Assembly (NCBI GenBank): GCA_030390025.1
Contig: CM059431.1
Location: 125,366,001-125,430,000 of the forward strand
Direction of reading: 5' to 3'
DNA: 64,000 nucleotides
Origin: Squalus acanthias
Lineage: Eukaryota
The translations under genes and the position numbers were made by a program. Shown here piece after piece: positions 49,772-61,111 of the stretch; within the stretch, counting starts at the first letter, position 1, and every line of letters starts with the position of its first letter. Below the pieces are notes generated by a model. It ran no database searches and was not told the DNA's origin. It was given only the letters and a program-made list of their open reading frames with translations.

Positions 49772-50465
49772 TGAATTGGTTGTATGTCATTGCCAATTTC
49801 ATTCTAGAGCAGTAAGAGAGGTGACTACACAATGAAGCAATAAGTGAAGGTCATGCTCCCGGTTATGCATAATTAAAGAAATGCTATATGTAAATACAAA
49901 TGTGATTTTCAGGACTCTTGTCTCCTCAAGGACAAAAGTTATTTCATGGCCTCTTAGAGCAAATACTTCAAATCATTCTTCACCAACGATATAGAAAAAT
50001 ATGGAAAATGTATTTTCTTTGCAAGGCAAATTGAGCCTCATTGCAACCTGGTCTGCCATCTGGAAAATTAATACTCCAATGATATTTGGCAGCATTCTCT
50101 CCACCCAGTTAAGTAGGCCTTAAAATCCCCAAGCTTTTGAGCTGCTTTTAAGCTTTGGATAGACGTTATATTTTGATTTGGGCAATTGACAATAGGGCTG
50201 AAAATCTGAGGCCCTTCCAATACACTCTCACTGTAAATCTGGTGGGAGTACACCCACAGGGACAGAAATGAGTCCAGCAGCCTCCAGCTGTGCATATCAG
50301 GAAAGTGCAGCATGCTGCCCAGGATTTTAATGGATGGAAAATCAAGGGCAGCACCGTTGCGATTTCCTGATATGTGTCACCAGTAGACGAGCTCCCAATC
50401 GGAAGTGCAACTCAGTAAACCATCCCTCATATGCCACCATAGCCATGTTCTATCTCAGTTGGAAT

Positions 50466-51840
50466 AAGAACATAAGAACATAAGAAATAGGAGCAGGAGT
50501 AGGCCATTTGGCCCTTGAGCCTGCTCCGCCATTCAAGAAGATCATGGCTGATCTTCTACCACATTTCACTTTCCTGCACTATCCCCATATTCCTTGATTC
50601 CATTAATATCCAAAAATCTATCGATCTCTGTCTTGAATATACTCAATGACTGAGCCTCCACAGCCCTCTGGGGTAGAGAATTTCAAAGATTTACCACCCT
50701 CTGAGTGAAGATATTTCTCCTCATCTCAGTCCTAAATGGCCGACCCCTTATTCTGAGACTGTGACCCCTGGTTCTAGACTCCCCAGCCAGGGGAAACATC
50801 CTCCCTGCATCTATCCTGTCAAGCCCTGTAAGAATTTTGTATGTTTCAATTAGATCATTTCTCATTCTTATAAACTCTAGAGAATATAGGCCTAGTCTAC
50901 TCAATCTCTCCTCATAGGACAATCCCCCCATCCCAGGAATCAGTCTGGTGAACCTTCGTTGCACTCCCTCTAGTATATCCTTCCTTAGGTAAGGAGACCA
51001 ACACTGTACACAATATTCCAGGTGTGGTCTCACCAGGGCCCTATATAATTGCAGTAAGACGTCTTTACTCTTATACTCAAATCCTCTTGTAATAAAGGCC
51101 AACATACCATTTGCTTTCCTAATTGCTAGCTGTACCTGCATGTTAACTTTCAGAGATTTATGTATAAGAACACCCAGGTTCCTCTGAACACCAACATTTC
51201 CCAATATCTCACCATTTAAAAAATACTCTGCTTTTCTATTTTTCCTACCAAAGTAGATAACTTCACATTTATCCACATTATATTCCATTTGCCATGATGT
51301 TGCCCACTCACTTAGTTTGTCTATATCCCCTTGAAGCCTCTTTGCATCCTCCTCACAACTTACATTCCCACCTAGCTTTGTATCATCAGCAAACTTGGAT
51401 ATATTACATTTGTTCCCCTCATCCAAATCATTGATGTAGATTGTGAATAGCTGAGGCCCAAGCACTGATCCTTGAGGTACCCCACTAGTTACAGCCTGCC
51501 AACCCAAAAATGACCCGTTTATTCCTACTCTCTGTTCTCTGTCCATTAACCAATCCTCAATCCATGCTAGTATATTACCCCTTGAGCCCTAATTTTGTTT
51601 AATAATCTCTTGTGTGGCACCTTATCGAATGCCTTCTGAAAATCCAAATACACCACATCCACTGGTTCCCCTTATCTATTCTGTTAGTTACAACCTCAAA
51701 AACTCTAACAGATTCGTCAAACATGATTTCCCTTACATAAATTCGTGTTGACTCTGCCCAATCCTATTATTATTTTCTAAGTGCCCTGTTACCACGTCCT
51801 TAATAATAGATTCTAGCATTTTCCCTAATATTGATGTCAG
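50466..51840 (-). mobile_element. CR1 LINE 3' part, relatively young
   Basis: 287-aa open RT segment ([37 protein letters not shown]) and a (ttcttatg) tail. Confidence 0.95.
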
Positions 51841-52530
51841 AAATGGAGTGTTTGTTCCCCTATTTCAGGATTTTATAGCAATGTTTTTTTGATGTCTCTG
51901 CCTAACCTCTGCTAGGGTTAATTTTGAGTGTCATTGAGTGGATGATTGTGCAACTGCAGTGTTTTGACTGAATATCAGTGGCGGCAGTAAATATGCCATA
52001 TGTGTATATGCCTTTTCCTCACATAGTGAATAATGAAATACAGTCCTTCTAACGATGAAGGAGGGCATAATAACTCGTACTTGTGATGCTATTTAAAAAA
52101 TACCCACACAGATAATAGATGTAGCACCGTTCCAAAAAAATACTGCACACATCGATATTAAATATTTCAAGTACTGTGTAGGCAGATGCCCCCAACAAGT
52201 GAGCTATGGATGGCTGTGTAATTCCCAGTTTCACACAATTAATCAGATGGGAGTCAGGCTATATAAAATACACTTTTGATTTCATTAAACTAAATTGTAC
52301 AAGCTTCCCTTACACTTCAATCCATCAAGCTAATGCACTCAATAGCTAAAAGTACAATACAAGTGCAGCCTATATATTATCAGAGTCAAGAAGGCGCAGA
52401 CCATTTTTGTAAAGTAAATCAAATTACCACCTCCTTATCCCAGTTGGGAACAAGAGAGTCAGCAGTTCCCCATAAAAAGCCACTCGAGTAAACACATTCA
52501 GGATTTTTAGCCGCACATTTTTATAATTTT

Positions 52531-53537
52531 TGGGGATTAATTTGGTGAAAGGGTGAAAACAGGCACTAAATGGGTGCTGTGCTAATAAGACATGCCTGTC
52601 TGAAAGTTTGGATTCAGCATGCAATTTTGGTCCCAATTACTGATTACCATCATTTGAATTTGCCTGGAGGTGCTAAACAGACACCTGCAGGTTTTGCACT
52701 CAAGCGCTGATTAGACGCAATTTTCATGGAGGCTCCATATGTGGGCTCCACTCTCCCACTTCCACTGAAGGTGTGGAGTGTGCTGGCTGACACATAGCGG
52801 CACACTTCAGGCTGGCTCAGGGATTCAGAGAGAGGGCGCACAGGTTCTCAGATGCAGTGCTGGAGGTCCTGTTGGAGGAGGTCCAGAGCAGGAGAGATGT
52901 CTTGTAAGCACAGCGGGGAGGAATTCCATCTCGCCCTCCTGTCCCTCTCCTGCAGCAGCTGGTGCTGCTCTGCCTGGCCTCATGTCCTCCTCCATTCCTC
53001 CTGCAGACCAAGGGGGACCCCTAGCAAGATGCCGGTGACCAAGCACTCCATTTCTCCTGGTGACTCCACTTCTAGGTGAAGTCCTCAGAGAATTTCTGGA
53101 ATAAATGTTGATAAAGTGTTCGTGAATCTTGGCAAATTGTCCCAGAATATCTCCCGATGTGTTTCAAAAGTTCTCTTCAAACCTCCAGCAGCACATGAAC
53201 AGTAAAAGGTGAGTATGCCTTCAGGTAGCGCTAGAAATCCTCAATAACAACTTGTTTACTCCTATTCAGTTGGGCGCTGTTAGGAGAGGACGTTAGGTCA
53301 AGTGCTATCCACCAAGATGCTGTGCAGTCTTGTTAATGAGTGCTAGCAGGCAATTTAAGTAACAATCAGCCCCTTAACGATCCTCCGAGCGGCCATTCCT
53401 AGCACGCCCTTCAACTCCTTTACCAAGATGGTGTCTTGCGCTAAACGCGGGCTAAACCGGCGTTTCAGCTCAAGACCCTACCTTGGCCACCTCGGAGGCT
53501 CTTTCGCGCCTAAAGGAGCTGATGAAAATCGCCCCCT
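52531..53537. mobile_element. Internally deleted Harbinger retaining the 5' ends of both genes
   Basis: On +, AHRFSDAVLEVLLEEVQSRRDVL (Myb start) fuses at ~52920 to a Q/E-rich transposase-like N-terminus on -. Termini gggg...cccc. Confidence 0.7.
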
Positions 53538-54514
53538 TTATCTTTACCTCACTTGTTGGCAGCATTTGCTAACACAGTAGGCCCAGGCCTAGAAATTTGG
53601 GGGTTTAGCGCCAGCTGTTAAGGTCCGTTTTGCTGAAAAAATGGCAGCGACTTGCTTCTGCACGCTTCCGGTGGGTCCCGCAGCAGCCGCCGTTTTCCAG
53701 AGGTCGGTAGCGCTGCCGCTGCCAGCACTCGCTCCAGATATTAAGATAAGGAAGACAGTGTGCAACGCTAATTTAATGCACAATCTGCCATTTTGGACGT
53801 CGCCGCTCCTTTTAACGCCAAGCGTTCAGCAGCAGGAAGGAGCCCCCAGCAGCGCTATTTAAAGGGATCATCAACAACTTGGAGCTGACAAACTTTTTCA
53901 GTTCTGCTGGCTCTGTCTAAGTTTCTGCAACTGTTTGGAGCTTTCTAAACTTGTTTAAAGTTGCTGAGGTCACAGGGAGTGTTGCTGCAAGTGGAGAACG
54001 CCTTGCTTCTCATTTAACGGCTTCTGCTCACATCACTTGCTCACAGTCATGGGGGCTCTACTTGCAATGCCCCTCGTGTTCGAGTATCATAGGGAACTGG
54101 AGCAGAGGCAGCGAAGAAGAGGGTAAGATGCTTGCAGAGGGAGGAGGAGGAGGGCCAAGATGGCTCTCAGCAGGAAGCCTTACCCACCTAGAGTCTTCCG
54201 AGAGCATTTCTCCGATCTGCACTTAAGCCAGGAGAAGTGTATTAGGAGGCTTCACTTCACCAAGGAAGTTGTCACAGAACTCTGCCAGCTCCTGCAACCA
54301 GACCTGTAGCCTCAGAGCAGGGCGATGACGGCTCTCCCAGTGGCCCTCAAGGTCACCGTGGCCCTCAATTTTTTCACCTGCAGATCCTTCCAGTCTGTAG
54401 CAGGAGACATAGTTAACGTATCCCAGTGCGCCGCCCATCGTTGCATCCGAGAGGTCACAGAGGGTCTCTACTCCAGGAGAAGGGACTTCATTGTCTTCTC
54501 TCTAAACATCACCG

Positions 54515-55870
54515 GGAACATTAGCATAGTGGTTATGCTACTGGACTAGTATCCAGATGCCTGGACTAATGATCTGGAGACTGTGGGGTAGAAATTAGGT
54601 CGCGCCCCATTTGGGGCGCAAATATCGTCCGGACGCAAATATTAGCGCCTGGCGCTAATTATCGGCACTGACGGGAAACTTCACTTTTACCGCCCCGGGA
54701 GGTGAGTGGAGCGCTAAAGCAGGCGCTGCACACCTCTCTTAAGGCGCAAAGGCCGAGCAGTGAGGCGCTAACTCGGAGCGCTGGCGAAGCTCATGTAATG
54801 TCAGTCAGCAATGGAACACACACACAATGGCACGGGCCAGTTCTTAAAGGGGATGGTTAATCTTGCTTTCCATCCACATCCTGTTCATTGCTGCCTTGAA
54901 TCTCGGCCTGGAGAGACCTGTACATCAAATGTGCTGGAAAGAACAATGGAGAGCACCAGGCAAAGAGCTCAGAGTGCAGCTCCCACGGTCTCTGCTAAAT
55001 CGATACAAGGAATGGCAAATCAAAATGAACCTGCAAAGTGCTGCTCAGTACCCAAAACTCCTTCACACAACGTTGAATCTCTCCAGAAGTCTCTCCCTCT
55101 CTCTCTCAGAATGCGTAGTTCAAAAATGTCACCAACAATAAAAGACAGGAAGAGGCCCCCTTTAAATAGCGCCCCCCCCCCCAGCCCCACAGCGATTGAT
55201 AGCGTTCCAGTCTTCTGGTCGTTGGAAGCGCCAGGCGGTAAGGCAGGGGGCGCCACTCAATTTCCGCTACGGGGCGCCCCAAGGGCGTTGCACCATGGAA
55301 TGACGTCACAATCTGCGCGCGCAGGTGGTCGCAGCGGTAAGTTTTAGCGCCGCCGCACAATCTCAAGTTAAGTTCTCGAGCGGCGCAAACATCGCTGCGC
55401 CCGGGCGTTAGCGGCTTTGTGCCCCATTAGCGCCCTCTTAAGGCGCTAACGGGTGGCGCAACCAAGTGAATTTTTACCCCTGTGAGTTCAAATCCCTTCC
55501 TCATGGTAGCTATGGAATTTAAATTCAGTTAATTAAATAAATCTGGAATTAAAAGCTAATGATGACCATGAAATTACTGGATTGCTGTAAAAACCCATCT
55601 GGTTCACTAATGTCCTTCAGGGAAGAAATCTGCCGTCCTTACCTGGTCTGGCTTATATGTGACTCCAGACCCATAGCAATGTGGCTGACTCATAACTGCC
55701 CTTTGAACTGGCCTAACAAGCTACTCATTTGTATCAAACCGCTAGGAAAACACATCACTGACTTCAATGGTTCAAGAAGGTGGCTCACCACCACCACCAA
55801 GGGCAATTAGGGTTGGCTGGCTTTGCCAGCGACACCCACACCCACATCTTACATGAATGAATAAAAAAAA
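54515..55870 (+). mobile_element. tRNA-derived SINE with a LINE-derived 3' tail, split by a MITE
   Basis: A-box-like TAGCATAGTGG and B-box GAGTTCAAATCC. Its 3' end ttcaagaagg.ggctcaccaccacc...gggcaattaggg...gccagcgac..ccacatc and A-tail match the LINE ends at ~21190-21290 and ~61115-61210. Confidence 0.85.
54585..55480. mobile_element. CpG-rich MITE
   Basis: TIRs ggggtagaaatt / aatttttacccc, TSD TGT. Confidence 0.88.
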
Positions 55871-58094
55871 GAGAGCAGCAGGATGAGTGTGCATGTGGCT
55901 TTGCCAGGATAGTGAGCTTTCTTGTGGTGCAGGGCACCAGCGACTGCACACACATGGCTTTGCGGGCACCATATAACAATCCTGAGATGTTCCATAACCG
56001 CAAAGCCTACCAATCACTTAATGTGCAGTTGTTGTGCGTTCACGCCCAGCGCATCATTGTAAACATCTTTCATTAAACAAAGGCTTGATGTGTCTGCTGT
56101 GGCAGGAAACCACTGGCTATAGGTAGGAAGAAAGAGTTCTTTCTGCTCACTGGGGTTGGTAGCCTGGCAGCTGTCATGATGCCCTCATCCTGTGCCAGCA
56201 ATCTTCCAACCACCAAGTCGAACCGAAGGTGGCTGCTTGGAAACAAGGGCTATCCACTCCACACCTGGCTGATGACTCCCCTCAGCACTCATATAATAGC
56301 TGCCATGAGGAATATCATCGAACAGACCATCGGGGTACTCAAAGAACGGTTCCGCTGTCTTGACCACTCAGGAGGAGCCCTCCAGTACTCGGCGGAGCGG
56401 GTGTCCCATTTCTTGGTGGTCTGCTGCATGCTCCACAACTTGACCATCATGAAGGCGCAGCCCTTGCCACCGGGATCACCTCTGGAGGAGGAGGAGGAAG
56501 AAGAGGATAGATGCAGGCAGCACATCCCCATTCCGGATGGGCTGTCCGTGAGCACCTCATCAGACTCTGATTCCAGTGAATGAAACCCCAGATCCCCGTT
56601 GCTCACCACTTCCCCATCATACCATCCCTCTGTCACAGATCATCACAGCGTCCTCCTGGGCACAAAGTTGAAATGAGAGCCATCACAAAACAGACATTCC
56701 AAACAAAATACATAAATTTATCAAATTCAAATCGAAATGACAGTATCAACTAATCACCCTTGTGCATTCCCTCAGAGCCTTTTCCTAATCTAGTGCTCCT
56801 ACAAAGTGCTCCCCCAGTGGCTGCGGCATGGTTGGTGGAAGGCTGCTGACTTTCAGTGTGGGAGACTACAGATGGCCTTGCAGGATAACCTCGAGCAGCT
56901 CTGGAAGGCCCGGCTGCGGACTGCACCACCTCAGCATGGGCAACATCAGTCTGGGCTGGCTGGCTGACAGGCAGCAGCAAGGGCAATGCCCACGGACTCT
57001 GTCATAGCCCCTCCAATAATTTGGAACACTGATTCTTCCAGGTCCATTAGGGTGTGAATCCTCTCTTGGCCGCCTCCTGTCTGCTGTAGCTCATGGCGGT
57101 TGTCTGCCACCTTGGCTTGCAAGAGAGAGGGAAGTGTGTCAGTGAGTGTAGTGCAATGTGTTTGGGTGATGTGCCTGCCATAGTTGAATAGCTATTAGTG
57201 TGTGCAAGGTGTGAGATCTGGGTATGAGTGTTGCAGCAGTGCTAAGTGTGTGAGGGTGCAGTGAAGCTATGATTGTGAGGTATGAGTGGTGATTGGTAGA
57301 GATTGTTGGTCGGTGAGTGATGGGGGTGTGGTGCATTGAGCAGTGTGAGAGGCTTGTGGTACAGATGGTGGGATATGGCATTTGCTGAAGCCTTAAGTCT
57401 CCTTGACCAGCCATGTGAGGTCATTAAACATTTTGCGGCACCGGCTCCAGGTCCTGAGGACAACAGTCATTGCCGTAACAGATTGTACAATCTCTTCCCA
57501 GATCCTTCTGCTGATGACCTTTGAAGGCCTCTTGCCTCCATGCAGGTAGAGGACATTCCGTCGATGTTCTACCCCCAGGACCAAGGCCTCCAGTACAGCA
57601 TCCGAGAACCGTCTCGCCCTTTCGCTAGGCTGTTGCACCTTTCCTTCTCCTCAGCTGACAATGAGGCACTTCGGCAACAAAGCAGCTCCCCTTTAAGTAG
57701 TGGAGAGAGCCTAGGCCAAACTTTATTGGCCAGTAGACTGCACCCGATATTGCCCCCCCCCACCCCGTTGAATGTTAAGCCAATCAGCAGCGTGTTTAGT
57801 GCTGAGATCAGCCCTGCAATCATGTAAATGAGCAGGCAGCACGAATTTTGCGTGCTGCTTGCACCACTTAGAAGAGGCACAGGCCAATTGCGCTGGCGGT
57901 GCCCCGGCCCGTTTTCGGGCCTTATCCAATTTCTAGGCCACAATATTCAATGTAGTCACATCACACTGTGCAGTATTTTTTGAAACAGTACTACATATAT
58001 TACCTGCATAATGAGTGTGGATTTCTTTTACATGTCATCACAATTACAAATTATTACCCCATCCTTCATTATTAGAAGGACTGTGTTAATGCGA

Positions 58095-59570
58095 ATGTCA
58101 ACCATGTGTATATCATGCAGGGTTCCAAACTAAGATCTCTTGAGCAGGAAAGGGACCTGGGTGTTAAAGTACACAAATCTCTAAGGTTCCTGGACCAGTG
58201 CCGTGATGATATAGCAAAAGCAAACAGAATATTAGGAAGTATTGCGTGGACGATTCAATATAAAACAAAAAGTACTATATGGTCCTTGTATAAGAGCTCG
58301 GTTAGGCTTCATCTCGAATACTGTGTCCAGTTTTGATCCCCCTACATAATGGGTGATATAGAGGCCCTGGAATAGATTAATACCTAGCTTAAAAGTCCTT
58401 AGTTACCACAACAGACTTAGAGAGCTGGGTTTTTTACTCTAGAAAAGTGTAGTCTTTGGGGCGATTTAATTGAGTTCTTTAAGATAACAAAAGGACTTAA
58501 GACAGGTTAGGCAGAAATGGTGATGTGTGTATCAGTTATATGAATATAGAATTAGATTAGATGTTAGATGTTTGCCTTTTCGCAGCAGGTCAGCGACCTT
58601 TGGAACAAGTTACCGTCTCATACAGAGTGCTCAAAATGTAGCTGGAGGCGTTCCTGGTTGTGGCTGATATTGCAGCACATAAAAATGGTGGGGTATTGGG
58701 TGATGTGTCCCATGGTCACTGTGGACTTCCGGAACTCGTTTTGATGTCCTTTGGAGTCGGAAAGGAATTTCCCAGGTTTCATTCCCCTGAATTGGCCGAG
58801 GGTTTTTTTTTCCATCTGTTTTTGCCCCTCCCAGGTGATTACATGGCTGCTGACGGGTGGGTCACCGTTGTCCAATTAAAACGGCTAACATTGATTATCA
58901 CTCTTTATGTCCAGTTTGCCATCAAATTCATAAAATCACCTTTCACCCAAGATTTTTCACTTTAGTGACAAGGCGACTGTTAAGCACCTTATCATTAGAC
59001 AAGATACCAAATGCCACCACGTTACAATCATCTACTAAATTTGTTTCTTATTTAAAGAATTCCAAGAGACTTGATAGGCATGACATGAATATTATAAACC
59101 GAGGATGGCTTGGTATTAATGCCTTTAATCTCATTAAGTGTACTTGAACTGTTTCCTTTATGATAGATTGCAATGTTTCTCTTACTATTTGTACCAAAGC
59201 TCACAATCCTATAATTCCTATAATTCACAGGATCATGCTTCTGACCTTTATGAAACATGGAACACATTTGCTGTTTTCCAATTTTTTTGGTATTATGCCT
59301 GTATTTAATGAGCTGTGAACATTTTCAGGCACAGCTCCCTCTACTTCTACCCTCATTTACTTAAGTACTCTTGGATTCCATCTGGTCCTGCTGATTTATG
59401 AATATTCAGAACAACAAGTTTTTTCTTTAATGACAATTTCATTACAAATCTGTACTCCGTGAACTTGGATGCATCTCTGACCCTTTTACAACTAGAAAGG
59501 ATATACCTTGTACTTCTATTGTGGAAACAGATGAGAAAATCTTGTAATATTGCCACCATTTCTTAATTTT
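58095..59570. mobile_element. Old CR1 fragments (+ at ~58095-58890; - at ~58900-59570)
   Basis: ERDLGV...[16 protein letters not shown] on +. KSAGPDGI and DPVNYR on -. Confidence 0.7.
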
Positions 59571-59664
59571 AACATTCCCCATTGTTCTTTAATGTTTTAA
59601 CAGTTGCAAACATATATATAAAATACATCTTTGTTTTGCCCTTTGATTTTCAAATTTCTCGTCT

Positions 59665-61110
59665 TTCATTTGCTCCTGTAGCCCTAGTACGGCTCTCATC
59701 TCCACTCCCTAAGTCCAAGGGACGCAGACTTGAACGGATATGGAGGACAACTGGTTTAGCCCTTCACCACCAGATCTGGCTGGACCACATAAAGCACTAG
59801 TGGGTTCTGCTCTCATCTGCCAAAACTGCTCAATATTCCAGGATCATTCTTGAATGCAAACATAACCCCCGGCTTCTTTTCTCTACTACAACAACAACAA
59901 CTTGTATTTATATAGCACTTTTAGCGTAGTAAAACGTCACAAGGCGTTGCCATGAGTATTTTAAGACAAAAAATTTGACACCGATCCACATAAGTATAAA
60001 TTAGGGCAGGTGACCAAAAGCTTGGTCAAAGAGGTAGGTTTTAAGGAGCGTCTCAAAGGAGGAAAGAGAGGTAGCAAGGCGGACAGATTTAGGCAGGGAA
60101 TTCCAAATGCTACTGCAAACTATCTTCTTAAACCCCTCTCCCCTGTCTCCTCCACCCTCACCTTCAACAGGTGCAAGGAGCTCATGGGCTTCTTTGTCAC
60201 TAAGCCTGAGACCATCCACTCAGCTGCCTCTGTCGCTTCCCTCCCTTCCCCTAGCCCACCGGGCCAAACTTCCTCTAAGAGTTCCCCCTTCCCTTGCCCT
60301 GAACTCACATCTTTCTCTAGTTTCTCTCCTAGCACACCCTCATGCCCTCTCCGAGCTCATCTTGTCCATAAGAACTACCTCCTGCTCCCTCGACCCTATT
60401 CCCAATAAACTGCTGAACACCCAAATTCCCTTCCTTGCTCCCATGATATTGTTAATGGTTCTCTCTCCTCAGGTACTGTCCCCACTCCTTCAAATCTGCC
60501 GTCATCACTGCTCTCCACAAAAAAACAACCCTTGACCTGACCGTCCTTGCAAACTACCGCCCCAAATCCAACCTCCCTTTCATCTCCAAAATCCTTGAAC
60601 ATGCTGTCAATTCCCAAATCCGTGCCCATCTTTCCCAGAACTCCATGTTTGAATCCCTCCAATCAGGTTTCCACCTCGCTACAGTACCGAAAAGGCTATT
60701 ATCAAAATCACAAATGATGTCCTATGTGACGGTGACAAAGGTAAACTATGCCTTCTCATCCTTCTCGACCTGTCTGCAGCCTTTGACACGGCTGACCACT
60801 CCATCCTCCTCCAATTCCTCTCCACCATCGTCCAGCTGGGTGGAACTGCACTGGACTGGTTTTTATTCTTATCTATCTAGTTGTAGCCAGAGAATCACCT
60901 TCAATGGCTTCTCTTCCCACTCCCGGATCATTACATCTGGTCTCCCCCAAGGAATTATACTTGGCCCCTCCTATTTCTCATCTACATGCTGGCCCTCGGC
61001 GACATCATCTGAAAACACAGTGTCAGTCTCCACATGTACGCTGACAACACCCAGCTCTACCTCAGCTCCACCTCTCTTGACCCCTCCACTGTCTCTAAAA
61101 TGTCAGACTT
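59665..61110 (+). mobile_element. L2 LINE internal part, interrupted by a minus-strand L2 3' end (~59888-60106)
   Basis: TTSCSLDPIP..LL and FESLQSGF, homologous to 40505-41200. The insert matches the L2 3' UTR. Confidence 0.85.
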
Positions 61111-61111
61111 T

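Larger units (their letters stand above)
264..50194 (-). pseudogene. Multi-exon relic of a highly divergent dynein heavy chain (AAA4 to C-terminus); 5' part not identified
   Basis: Minus-strand exon-like segments are colinear with dynein domain order and many have AG/GT boundaries. They contain in-frame stops, frameshifts and TE insertions inside exons. Motif matches are by eye. Confidence 0.7.
47761..50194 (-). pseudogene. Dynein relic exon(s), AAA4 region, split by one RTE and two MITE insertions (pieces 49772-50194, ~49418-49512, 47761-~48050)
   Basis: SISLVKNDLKYLL resembles YG.NEWREDLKKLL. RGHEITFVLEETRVLKITFVFTYSISLIMHNREHDL resembles GKPTVFLFTDTQI.DESFLEDINNILNSGEVPNL. Across the RTE, YNQFKVDVNSSLHMQV resembles FN.FI.RVR.NLHIVL. 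Donor CAGG|GTGAGC at 47761. Confidence 0.6.
53586..57939. mobile_element. PIF/Harbinger transposon with a nested SINE and MITE
   Basis: TIRs ggcctagaaatt / aatttctaggcc. Transposase relic on + (ALPVALKVTVALNFF 54325; LLGNKGYP..WLMTP..IIEQTIGVLKERF 56176-56583). Myb ORF on - (ERARRFSDAVLEALV...RCRKMFNDL 57393-57638). Confidence 0.9.

Noticed and set aside
52049..52234. 61-aa ORF with an upstream acceptor as a further dynein exon
   Set aside because: The same sequence recurs inverted at 53539-53580 plus 57943-58083, so it is more likely a repeat. The protein similarity was weak.
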